A stretch of DNA of 34,033 bases from Octopus bimaculoides. Taxonomy: Eukaryota. The notes under the pieces were generated by a model. It saw only the letters and a program-made list of their open reading frames with translations, made no database searches and had not been told where the DNA came from. The stretch is taken from the NCBI RefSeq assembly GCF_001194135.2, contig NC_068998.1:6433661-6467693 (forward strand), read 5' to 3'. Shown in pieces: positions 23,366 to 33,632 of this stretch (the stretch's first letter is position 1; the number at the start of each line of letters is the position of its first letter). A program made the position numbers and the translations under genes.

Positions 23366-23400
<35 letters not shown>
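22900..23400. repeat. Degenerate TATAAT+(GT/AT)n minisatellite ending in composite repeat copy 2
   Basis: Roughly 15-25-bp variant units punctuated by TATAAT/TACAAT/TATAAC; the last 180 bp are homologous to 16693-16870. Confidence 0.8.
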
Positions 23401-23402
<2 letters not shown>

Positions 23403-23659
23403 TGTGTGTCTGTGTGTGTGTGTGTGTGTGTAATGGTTCAACGGTGTAAAACCTAGATATCACATTGAAATTCGTCAGTCGTAAATTATCTAATAGCTTT
23501 ATATGTGTCTAATAAAGCGTAACATTCTAATTTAATATACTGCTGATGTTTAAACCCTAGGTCGAACCTTAACCGGCAAACTCTGTTCACTAAATCGTCT
23601 TAAAGTTGTGAGGTGTTATCGTGCTGAAAAGCAGTGTTGCGTAATAGAAAACAATGACG

Positions 23660-23746
23660 TATGGTTATTAGAAGTGTAGACGTACACATTCTGTGTTCAA
23701 GCCCCGCTCGAGTCGACTTAATATTTCATCATTTCAGGGTCGAAAT
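23660..23746 (+). mobile_element. SINE family A, highly diverged fragment
   Basis: cattctgtgttcaagccccgctcgagtcgacttaatatttcatcatttcagggtcga aligns by eye to the family A sense strand (cgttctgagttcaaattccgccgaggtcgactttgcctttcatcctttcggggtcga). Confidence 0.7.
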
Positions 23747-23946
23747 GTATGTGTGTGTGTGTGTATTGGAGATAGGTCGTTTATATATATATATATATAT
23801 ATATTTAATTATTAGTTTAATGTATAAATTACTTATAAATTTTTACAGCATGCTGACTACCTGATAAAAACCATTAACGTAATTTTATCCTATTCTATTA
23901 TGAATGAATACACACGCGCGCATGCACGCACATACGTATATAACAA

Positions 23947-23980
<34 letters not shown>

Positions 23981-24308
23981 CGTGTGTTTGAAAAGGTTAA
24001 AAGAAAGCGCTCACACACGAGAAAAAACTTCTTACCAAAAAAGGTTAATGACGTCCTCATGAAAGATTTCATAACACCTTTTTAAAAAATAACTANNNNN
24101 NNNNNNNNNNNNNNNNNNNNNNNNNNNNNNNNNNNNNNNNNNNNNNNNNNNNNNNNNNNNNNNNNNNNNNNNNNNNNNNNNNNNNNNNNNNNNNNNNNNN
24201 NNNNNNNNNNNNNNNNNNNNNNNNNNNNNNNNNNNNNNNNNNNNNNNNNNNNNNNNNNNNNNNNNNNNNNNNNNTCTGTTTCAAGACACGATTTCATATC
24301 AAGAATGG

Positions 24309-24367
24309 CCAAGGTGCCACGCAGTGGGCCTGAACCCGGAACGATGTGGTTGGTAAGCAAGCTACTT
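24309..24367 (-). mobile_element. SINE family B head fragment
   Basis: ccaaggtgccacgcagtgggcctgaacccggaacgatgtggttggtaagcaagctactt, about 90% identical by eye to 22803-22861. Confidence 0.9.
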
Positions 24368-24396
24368 TATCTCCACACATATATATATATATATAT

Positions 24397-24684
24397 CCGC
24401 CTTATTCGCCAGACTTAGCCCCCTCTGACTTTCATCTATTTCCAAAAATGAAAAAAGCCCTTGCTGGTGGCCATTTTGCCAGTGACAATGACATCAAAGA
24501 CACTGTAGGAAGTTTCTTAGAGTCCCAAACAAAAGAGTTCTTCTACGCCAGGATAATGGCGCTTCAGCACCGCTGGAGAAAGTGTTCAGCCATCGAGGCG
24601 CACTATGCTGAAAAATAAATCATCAGAAGTTTTGTACCGTGTTTTGTTTTTTTCTGAGGCTCAAGACTTTTCAGACACCCCTCG
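24397..24684 (+). mobile_element. Mariner 3' end (irritans/Himar-Hsmar2-like) with right TIR and TA target site
   Basis: PPYSPDLAPSDFHLFPKMKKALAGGHFASDNDIKDTVGSFLESQTKEFFYARIMALQHRWRKCSAIEAHYAEK* is open to the natural stop. The element ends ...GACTTTTCAGACACCCCTCG|TA (reverse complement TA|CGAGGGG, an Hsmar2-type TIR start). Confidence 0.92.
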
Positions 24685-25414
24685 TATATACATTCATGTA
24701 TACGCATATGTTCCATGCATGTATGTATAAATGTAAGCATTTATACGTACATACATACATATATGTATGCATCATTCCAATGCTGTTTTTACGTTACTCT
24801 TCTCTACTGCTATTTCTACAGTTATCAAGAAAACTTTTACAAATACAAATATATATATCATTACTTTTACTCACAAATAAGAAACAACACAGCAGATTGG
24901 AATTCGATTGGTGGGCGGCGCGCGGTGAGTGGCGTATAACTGATCCGCTGTTGCTAGGCGGGAGTATAGGGCAAAATGTGTTCAGTAATTAATTAGAAAG
25001 TTCGTATATTCATTTCAGTTATATGTTATTTTTGTTAACATATTTATTTTATTTTTAATTAATTTACTTCTTTAATTGCATTTCGCATTAATTACTGAGG
25101 CCCTGTTCCACGATAATGAATTGTAAGACATACACATTCCCACATTACCTAGAACCTATGTTTGTTTTTTTCTTCTCGTTTTTGCTTGGTGCTTTTGTTT
25201 ATTTTTATTTATTTATTGTTTTTGTTGTGTTTTTTTTGTGGGGGATTTGCTTTTGCTTTGTTTCTTTTGTTTCTATTTTGTGTGTGTGTGTTTGTTTTTT
25301 TTGTGTTTTTTTTTTGTTTCTTTTGCCTCACCCAACTATTTCTTTGCAAGTTACCAACCGTTTCGTATCAATATTATTCTAATTTTATTTTATTGTCTAA
25401 TTCGATTTTTCTTT

Positions 25415-25700
25415 CGTTGTTGTTGTTGTTGTTGTTGTTGCTCTTGTTGTTCTATTTGTTGTGGCTGATAATGATATCGTATTGTTGTTGCTATCGCTAT
25501 TGTTATAGTTGCTGTTGAAGTTGTTGTTGTTGATGATGATGATGATGACGACGATGACGACAACGATGATGCGTTTTGTTGTTGATAACGACGCTGTTGC
25601 TGCTCTTGTGTGTGTTTATTGTTGGTGTTCTCGTTCATGTTGCTGACGATGCTGATGCTGATGATGCTCTTGTTTTTGTTGTTGTTGTTACTGTTGTTTC
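25415..25700. repeat. (GTT)n/(GAT)n/(GCT)n compound microsatellite
   Basis: Directly visible. Confidence 0.93.
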
Positions 25701-25919
25701 TGCTGCAGGTTTTTCTCTTTTTTTTTTTTTTTAGCTTCTTGTCAGTCTTTATCAAACAGACCGATGTTTAAACACTGACATTCTTCGTTTAATTTTTTTC
25801 CTATTTCTCTGTAAACTACGCTGTATAATTATCCTGAACCAGGGAACATATATTTAATGTTTCCTACGCTAAATTGTATTAACACTGACTTATTTAACTA
25901 GAAAGCTACCGGACGAACA

Positions 25920-26460
25920 GAGAGAGAGAGAGAGAGACAGACAGACAGGCATACAGAGACAGACAGAGACAGACAGACAGACATACAGAGACAGACAGAG
26001 ACAGACAGAGACAGACAGACAGATGTTCAAGCATAAAAGCTGCCATTGCGTGAAATATTTAGCGGACACACAGATACAAGCATGCGCACGCGCGTACAGA
26101 AACACGCATAAAGAAGAAGAAGAAGAAGAAGAAGAAGAAGAAGAAGAAGAAGAAGAAGAAGAAGAAAAAGAAGAAGAAGAAGAAGAAGAGCAGCAACAAC
26201 AAAATAACATCAGTCTCAACAACAACGAGGAACATGTAAAAGATGGTGATGGTGATGAATAAGAAAAAGAAGATGAAAAACAACAACGAAAAGGAGGAGA
26301 AGGATGAGGAAGGGAGGAGGAGAACGAAGAAGAGAACGAAGAAGAGAACGAGGAGGAGGCGGGGAGGAGGACGAGGAGGTGGACGAAGAAGAAGAAAGGA
26401 AGAGGAGGAGGAGATCCGAAAGCCATGCAGCATAAATGATGTATAGACATGTATCTCGTG

Positions 26461-26523
<63 letters not shown>
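25920..26523. repeat. Microsatellite cluster: (AG)/(AGAC)n, (GAA)n, (GAG)n, (AT)n
   Basis: Directly visible; source of the poly-E/S/F ORFs. Confidence 0.93.
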
Positions 26524-26526
<3 letters not shown>

Positions 26527-27254
26527 TATGTTACACACAGTATAGGCAAAGGGTTAACTTGGTGTTAGTGGGGAAAAAACTGCGTATTACACGTGCAATT
26601 TTACGGTTCTTAGTAAGGAGGTAATATTTCCTATTGTTTCAATGATCGTATCTTAAACATATTACATTCGTGTCTATATCATTTTCACGTGTATTATTGA
26701 GTATTATTGCAAATTCAGCTGCAATAATCACAAATACAATTAAGTGAATATAATTAACAAAATGAAGTAAATGATTAAATGAATAAAATTAATATTCAGA
26801 TTACATTTAACACATATATCTCTACGTTATTAAACAACAAATAAATTTATGCATACAACTCTAAACAGTACAAACATTTTGTAAATTGGTACAAACAGTG
26901 ACTAAATTAAATGACAAAGCTACCGAATAAAATTCACCCATCCCTGAAATAATGTATGCATACCAACACAAATTAAATAAATAAATACAACTTTTGAATA
27001 AATAAACAGAGAGTTCGGGTCTATACAAACACACATAACTCTGCATAAATATACACATGTCGCTAAAATTAATTGGTAAATCATTAAATTAACCGACACA
27101 GCAGATGTTAACAGCGAGGTGTGGAAATAATATCACAGCAGGGGAAAAATGTCAGATTTTATTTAAATGCCAGGAGTAACAGTTAAAATAATTAACCAAG
27201 TCATTTACTAACAGACATTTTTATTCACTGGTACACAACGACAACGAATTTATG

Positions 27255-27485
27255 CAGGGTTGGCCAAAAGTCACCTGACAGTAAATCAAAACCATTTGAT
27301 TTCAAGACTTATTTATTTTTAACAACTGTATGAATTTAATAAAAAGCATCTAAATATGAAACATCATGAAAATTGTTCAAACTGAGTCCTTCTTGGGTGA
27401 CATTTTTTCAAATGAATAAGTAAAATTGAATATTAAGTATTTATGGAATTTTGAGTTACTGTTGGGTGACTTTTGGCTAACTTTC
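27255..27485. mobile_element. MITE, 231 bp, with 30-bp imperfect TIRs (Tc1/mariner-type CAGGG start)
   Basis: Left CAGGGTTGGCCAAAAGTCACCTGACAGTAA vs right TTACTGTTGGGTGACTTTTGGCTAACTTTC: 24/30 complementary. AT-rich non-coding interior; TA TSD degraded. Confidence 0.85.
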
Positions 27486-27598
27486 AATAACAGCATTGCT
27501 TTTGGGAAGAAAATAAAACCAATTTACTCCATCATTCAAGTGAAGCAATGAAACAGATCAAAGATGTTTAGATAAATCAAAAATTTTCTATAACATTT

Positions 27599-28049
27599 GT
27601 GACTCTTCCCGTGACTTTTTCTAAGTTTTCTTTTTTTTGTGTGTGTGTGATTACTTATGAGATTTTTCTTGTCACTTCTTTTCTCATATCATTTTCCTGC
27701 GATTTTTCTGTAGTTGCCCTTTTTTTTAAACAAGTTTTTAAATTTTATATTTTAGCCCTTTTGTCTTATGATTTCGCTAAAATTTTTCTTTCGTAACTTC
27801 TTCCTATGACTTTCTTTGTGATTTTTGCCCAATGACTTCTCCTGCAACTTTTCCTATGATATGTGACTTTTCCTATGATTTTATACCATGACTTTCTCCC
27901 TGTAACTTAGCCTGATTTTTGTGTGTGACACATGAATGTAATTTTTTTCCTATGACAATTTTTCTGCAACATTTTGTACTTTTTTAGCTGAAAATTGTTT
28001 CCTGTCACTTCATTTCTCACGACATTTTTCTCTTGTGACTTCATTTCCA
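27599..28049. repeat. Degenerate minisatellite of a ~13-bp CCTRTGACTTTTT-like unit
   Basis: About 20 or more recurrences of RTGAYTTT / GTAACTT / GCAACTT variants with pyrimidine spacers. Confidence 0.75.
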
Positions 28050-28084
28050 NNNNNNNNNNATAAATAGATATATAAGGATAAGCA

Positions 28085-28139
28085 TATTAAAAGGGGGCCG
28101 TGGGAAAATTCATTTAAGTAAAAGGGTTGGGAACCACTG
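28085..28139. mobile_element. Right terminus of a hAT-type element
   Basis: AAAGGGTTGGGAACCACTG end resembles the right TIR at 19018-19032 (AAGTTGAGAAACACTG), preceded by GGGGGCC. No left end was found. Confidence 0.55.
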
Positions 28140-28160
28140 TTGGGAACCAGTAAACCATAG

Positions 28161-28327
28161 CATCGATCTCAGTACGTAACAGGTGCATTATTTTATACAG
28201 TGTTTTATCAATCGCGGATGGATGAAACTTAACCTCAGCAGAGTTTAAACTCAGAACGTTAAGAGCTGGGTTGAATTCCACGGAAACAATTTTTACAATA
28301 CTCTAACAATTTTGCCAACTCGTCACT
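28161..28327 (-). mobile_element. SINE family A, old diverged copy
   Basis: catcgatctcagtacgtaacaggtgc...ggatgaaac..aacctcagcagagtttaaactcagaacgt...ctaacaattttgccaactcgtcact; followed by (AAC)n. Confidence 0.75.
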
Positions 28328-28619
28328 AACAACAACAACAGCATCGAGAAAAGAATGCAGTAACCTCAGCTTTGCCAGCTCGGCCAGATCGTCCCAGAGG
28401 ACGTCAAAATAGTTTCTAAAACGTCCAAGAAGTTTCTGATAAGTGAACAGTAAAAGAAATGGTAACCTCGATCTAAAATATAAATCACAGAGTTTAATTA
28501 GTAAGAGACGTCATTCTCATTAAATACACACGCACACAATAATTAAGTTAGTGTTAATATATTTAATGTGGTGAGTATCGAAAATCTAATTAGAAATATT
28601 TATACAATGAGGAGGCAGC

Positions 28620-29008
28620 ATTAGCTGCATGACTAATAAGGTTTTAATTATGTCGGAAAGCAAGGGGCGTGTTTCAGTATAATTGAATTTCATCAGCGGA
28701 GGATAGGTTTTACTGTACTGCCTGAAGTATAATAAGGAAAATCTCTAAATGGATGTATATTATAATACACGAGTTGATATTTTCGGATCTCCGTCGTTAT
28801 CGATGATGAGAAATTAGCTCTCTGACTAATAAAGTTTTAAATCATTTTGGAAAGTAAGGAACATGTTTCGGTTTGATATAATGTGATTTCGTCAGCGAAC
28901 CACAGACTTCACCGTACTGCACAAAGTAATGTTAGGAAAATTACTAAATAGATGCATATTATAAAGCGGGAGAGGATTTAAATGGACCTCCGTCGGTCTC
29001 GACGAGGA
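28620..29008. repeat. Diverged tandem duplication, two units with 193-bp period
   Basis: Colinear anchors in both units: ATTAGCT..TGACTAATAA.GTTTTAA (28620 and 28813), GGAAAG.AAGG, GATTTC.TCAGCG-like, C.GTACTGC, AGGAAAAT..CTAAAT.GATG.ATATTATAA and GGA.CTCCGTCG. Confidence 0.88.
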
Positions 29009-29187
29009 ATGTTCAAATTGTTAGAACAACTGAACTATCTTCTCAATGCATTAGCATATACGTTGCTGAGCATTCCGAAAACTAATATAATCTTGAAACA
29101 GAATCATCAAAACTCAGTGTCAGGGCTTCCAAACAGTTCCCATTGACCCAGTTTCACTCACAAAACTCGAGACTATGATAAATAATA

Positions 29188-29256
29188 CCTTCCAAAGATG
29201 CCACACCTTGAGATCGAACGCAGCTCCTCATGATCGCGAAGGAAATTACTTTTAAA
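29188..29256 (-). mobile_element. Diverged tRNA-SINE head remnant
   Basis: ccttccaaagatgccacacc..gagatcgaac resembles the family B head layout (ccaaggtgccacgcagtgggatcgaac). Confidence 0.5.
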
Positions 29257-29346
29257 CTTCAATCATGATGTTTCTACCGAAAAGACATGAATAAGCATGA
29301 ACAATCAATATAATTAAGAAACATAAGAAAACATTAATTAGACAAG

Positions 29347-29508
29347 ACGCAAGTATGGCTCTGTAGACAAGAAACTTGCTCTGAAACCACATGGTTTTCA
29401 GTTCAGTCTTACTACGTGAAGCCTTGAGCAAGTGTCTTCTATTATACACCTGAAACGACCATGTGAGTGAACTTGGTAGACAAGAACTATGAGAAAACCC
29501 GTCTTATA
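29347..29508 (+). mobile_element. SINE family B, diverged 5' half, followed by (TATG)n
   Basis: tatggctctgtagacaagaaacttgct..aaccacatggttttcagttcagtc..tacgtgaagccttgagcaagtgtcttctattata...ttggtagac...aacccgtcttata aligns to the reverse complement of 22801-22877 and 15805-15855. Confidence 0.8.
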
Positions 29509-29519
29509 CGTAATGAATG

Positions 29520-29539
29520 TATATACGTACGTACCTATG

Positions 29540-29573
<34 letters not shown>

Positions 29574-29725
29574 CCTACGTATGTATGTACACGTGCGTTT
29601 GTGTGTATGTATGTATGCATGTATGTATGTATGTATGTATATGTGTGTATGTATGTATGTATGTGTGTATGTATGCATGTATGTATGTATTACGTACGTA
29701 CGTACACGTGCGTTTGTGTGTATGT
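29520..29725. repeat. (TATG)n/(TACG)n array with a duplicated GTACACGTGCGTTTGTGTGTATGTA block
   Basis: The block occurs near 29588 and 29702. Confidence 0.93.
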
Positions 29726-29726
29726 A

Positions 29727-30430
29727 ATTGTAAATTTCTCAATAGTTCAGCATTTTTTCACTGATTTTCAGTTGTAAGTTAACATCCGCTGGACAGCTAA
29801 TTTCCACGACTGTGCACAGTTTCTCTTCTCTATCCCAAATCATTATATCAGGTCTATAGTATTTACATTTTACTGAGGTCTTCACTGATACATTCCACCA
29901 GTATTCCTTTTTATTATTATTATTATGGTTTCTACCGTATTGTGGATTCTTATTTCTTTGTCGTCGGAATTATCCTTCTGACGGATAGAGTGTCCTAGCT
30001 ACAACATCGTGTCTCATCGATAGATAATACCGTGATGACATTTTCGGACAACTGCTTATGATGTGGGTGATATCTTTGGTGTTAACTCCACAAAGTCTGC
30101 ATCAGATGTCACATTTTACGGCTTTACTTGAATCTCTATCCCTCTTGGGTATCAGGTACTTGGTTGATATTTCTTGTTTCTCGATTGCAAACGCATATCC
30201 TTCAAAGTGGGAGGTAGTAATCCGGCTATTGATCCATGATAAACTGCTTTGATGATCGATGTCACTATCATCACGGAGCCTTCTAGTAACATATCCATAC
30301 ATAGTCTTCTGCTCATATAGGCTCATCCTTTCATCTGATGATACGTTGCGGTAGAGTCGTGCGACTTCTTTGGGCATGTATTCCAGGTTATCAGAAGAAA
30401 ACTGTTGCTCAAGGAGCTGCCTTCCAAGTC
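29727..30430 (-). mobile_element. RLE-type non-LTR retrotransposon C-terminal relic, lineage 1 (zinc knuckle plus restriction-like endonuclease)
   Basis: Minus strand: ..SSLSWINSRITTSHFEGYAFAIEKQEISTKY..CDI*CRLCGVNTKDITHIISSC (CCHC knuckle), MRHDVVARTLY (RHD motif), KEYWWNVSVKT..YRPDIMIWDREEKLCTVVEISCPADVN..KISEK..Y (PD..E..K RLE motif). Single frame with a few stops. Confidence 0.92.
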
Positions 30431-30459
30431 TACGTACGTACGTATGTATGTATGTATGT

Positions 30460-30577
30460 ATCGACCCCGAAGGTCAAAGTCGACCTTGGCGGAATTTGAA
30501 CTCAGAACGTAGCGAATGACGAAATACCGCTAAGCATTTTGTCCAGCGCGCTAACGATTCTGCCAGATCGCCACCTT
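30460..30577 (-). mobile_element. SINE family A, 5' half with intact head
   Basis: Minus strand AAGGTGGCGATCTGGCAGAATCGTTAGC...GTTCTGAGTTCAAATTCCGCCAAGGTCGAC, containing A- and B-box-like motifs. Confidence 0.9.
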
Positions 30578-30854
30578 AAATGATCTAAATAATATTAATC
30601 ATTAAGATAATGCTGTCTTTTCTTCAACGCATATTTCTTATCAATTTCTCTTTTTTCTCAGTTTTCTTCATTAAGTATGTTAACATTAATTTAATTAACA
30701 ACCTGTATTGTATTTTATTCCCCTTCTGGGAGTCCTTTTCTGTTATTCCATTGAAATTTTCATGCTTCTTTGTCGATGTATAAAATTAATTAGTCATCTT
30801 TGTGTTGTTCTTAATGTTGCCGTCGCTACTCCTGTTGTTGAAATAATTCTTGCT

Positions 30855-30960
30855 GCTACTGCTGCTGCTACTGCTGCTGCTACTGCTGCTGCTACTGCTA
30901 CTGTTACCGCTGCTGCTGCTACTACTGTTGTTGTCGTCATTGCTGTTGTTGTCTTTGATG
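30855..30960. repeat. (GCT/ACT/GTT)n trinucleotide tract
   Basis: Directly visible. Confidence 0.93.
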
Positions 30961-31493
30961 TTATTTCGTAGCCCCAAGCGAAAATTGATGTAGTAGACAC
31001 ATGTTCTAAAATGTTTCAGTTAAAATCATCGTATCTTTTTTTTTTTTTTTCAGATATACTACATATGTATGTAGAACTACATTATCTAATGAATCCTTCA
31101 TTTTAAAGTCTGTTTGACGTGATATGAAAAGGATTTGGTCGGTATTTCTTACGGGCTTAACGAGCACTCAAATACTTGCACGATTTTTTCTTGGTATTTT
31201 GTGTATCAAAGAGTTTAATACTATACATGCACATATACACGCATGCATGCATATATACATGCATATATGTATACATACATACATGTATAGTGAGAATTTA
31301 CAAAAGAAAAAAACGAAAGACGAAGACAGGTGGTGTAGACAACAAACAAATGTATTAGTTTAACGCTCGGGAAGTGAGAAAGTCTTTTATGTTTCGAGCC
31401 TACGCTCTTCGACAGAAAGGAACACAGAAATAAACAGGGAGAAAAAAAATAGAAGTCTTAGGGGTTAGCGATCTATCATGGCGAATGCCAGAC

Positions 31494-31630
31494 ACATACA
31501 TACATACATACATACATGCATGCATGCATGCATACATACATACATACATGCATACATACATACATACATACATACATACATACATACATACCTATATACA
31601 TACATGCTTGCATACATATACACACATAAA
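31494..31630. repeat. (ATAC)n/(ATGC)n array
   Basis: Directly visible. Confidence 0.95.
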
Positions 31631-31715
31631 CGAGACAGACAGGTAGAACCAGATATATATGTATGTATGTATATATACATGAATATATATATAGAGAGAG
31701 ACTTAGAAATATTAA

Positions 31716-31762
<47 letters not shown>

Positions 31763-32629
31763 NNNNNNNNNNNNNNNNNNNNNNNNNNNNNNNNNNNNNN
31801 NNNNNNNNNNNNNNNNNNNNNNNNNNNNNNNNNNNNNNNNNNNNNNNNNNNNNNNNNNNNNNNNNNNNNNNNNNNNNNNNNNNNNNNNNNNNNNNNNNNN
31901 NNNNNNNNNNNNNNNNNNNNNNNNNNNNNNNNNNNNNNNNNNNNNNNNNNNNNNNNNNNNNNNNNNNNNNNNNNNNNNNNNNNNNNNNNNNNNNNNNNNN
32001 NNNNNNNNNNNNNNNNNNNNNNNNNNNNNNNNNNNNNNNNNNNNNNNNNNNNNNNNNNNNNNNNNNNNNNNNNNNNNNNNNNNNNNNNNNNNNNNNNNNN
32101 NNNNNNNNNNNNNNNNNNNNNNNNNNNNNNNNNNNNNNNNNNNNNNNNNNNNNNNNNNNNNNNNNNNNNNNNNNNNNNNNNNNNNNNNNNNNNNNNNNNN
32201 NNNNNNNNNNNNNNNNNNNNNNNNNNNNNNNNNNNNNNNNNNNNNNNNNNNNNNNNNNNNNNNNNNNNNNNNNNNNNNNNNNNNNNNNNNNNNNNNNNNN
32301 NNNNNNNNNNNNNNNNNNNNNNNNNNNNNNNNNNNNNNNNNNNNNNNNNNNNNNNNNNNNNNNNNNNNNNNNNNNNNNNNNNNNNNNNNNNNNNNNNNNN
32401 NNNNNNNNNNNNNNNNNNNNNNNNNNNNNNNNNNNNNNNNNNNNNNNNNNNNNNNNNNNNNNNNNNNNNNNNNNNNNNNNNNNNNNNNNNNNNNNNNNNN
32501 NNNNNNNNNNNNNNNNNNNNNNNNNNNNNNNNNNNNNNNNNNNNNNNNNNNNNTATATTAATATATTACGAGGAGGTATTGAAAGATCCTGGCTTTGGGT
32601 AAAGGAAAATCCAGGAGTATCAGTTAAGT

Positions 32630-33256
32630 ATGTGTTCAGAGATCGATGGTTTCATCTTAGCTACTCAAGAACCAAGCTTATTGATCCAAAACTGCCAAGC
32701 CAGTGTGATGAAAAATAGAGGAGATCTAAAGTGCGGATCCTGTAATGATGTGATTGGAACTGTGGACCACCTAATCTATGGAAGTATCTGTGGAGTATAA
32801 ATCAGAACATGAAAGAATTGGCCAATATCTACAATGGTTAATATGTTGGCATTATAAAATCAAAACTATTGATAAATGGTATGAACGCCACTCTGAGGCT
32901 AAAACTGATGGAGAGAACGTAAGGATTCTTTCGGACCATCAAAGCTAATAATCTGGATATTATTGTAAAAGATCAAAGCAATAATAAAATCCGTTTATTG
33001 ATCGACATGAGCATTCCTTGTGATCATAATATTTAAGCAAAAGAATTCGACAAGCGCAAAAAATATAGATTTGCCCATTGAAATCGAAAAATGTGGCATC
33101 TCAAGGTGGTTCCAGTATCGGAACAGCACTTGGAATGATCATAAAAGGAACTGAAAATCATTTGAGAACGATCCCTGGTTTACCATCCATGCAAGAAATG
33201 CAAAAGATTGTTTAACTGGTACGTCACACACATTGAAAAGAGCATTTTTGTTGTGA
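32630..33256 (+). mobile_element. RLE-type non-LTR retrotransposon C-terminal relic, lineage 2 (R4/Dong-like)
   Basis: SEIDGFILATQEPSL..KCGSCNDVIGTVDHLIYG (ETEGFIxAxQDQ motif and CCHC knuckle), EYKSEHERIGQYLQWLICWHYKI..KWYERH, TIKANNLDIIVKDQ..LLIDMSIPCDHNI*AKEFDK (NRPD..D..K RLE), MWHLKVVPV, ALGMIIKG..LPSMQEMQKIV, TGTSHTLKRAFLL* (stop 33254-33256). Several frameshifts. Confidence 0.93.
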
Positions 33257-33632
33257 GAACGATAACCACACATGTGACTTTTTGAATCAATTGTGACTTT
33301 AATTTAGTGAAACACAATGGAAACCATTTCGAACAAAAGATATCGATAAACATATACGAGGGCAATTCATTGCTTACACATACACATACACATACACCCA
33401 CACGTTCATATATAGGCATGTGTATGTACATGCATATGCATATGTGTGTCTATATAAATACATATATATATATGTATTTTTGTATATATATATATGTGTA
33501 TATGTATATATATATAGTGATTATTTTAATGGCCTATCGATGCAAACAAAAAGTTTCCTTGCCCATATAGTCAGGAAGGTTGTCAACAAGAAATGGAAGC
33601 AAAACTGAAAGAAGAAAAACACATTAACATAA

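Noticed and set aside
25890-26549. 219-aa ORF and overlapping poly-Glu ORFs
   Set aside because: Entirely explained by (GAA)n, (GAG)n, (AGAC)n and (AT)n.
33355-33375. TA|CGAGGGC as a mariner left TIR
   Set aside because: Only 7 bp of resemblance, followed by microsatellite with no partner end.
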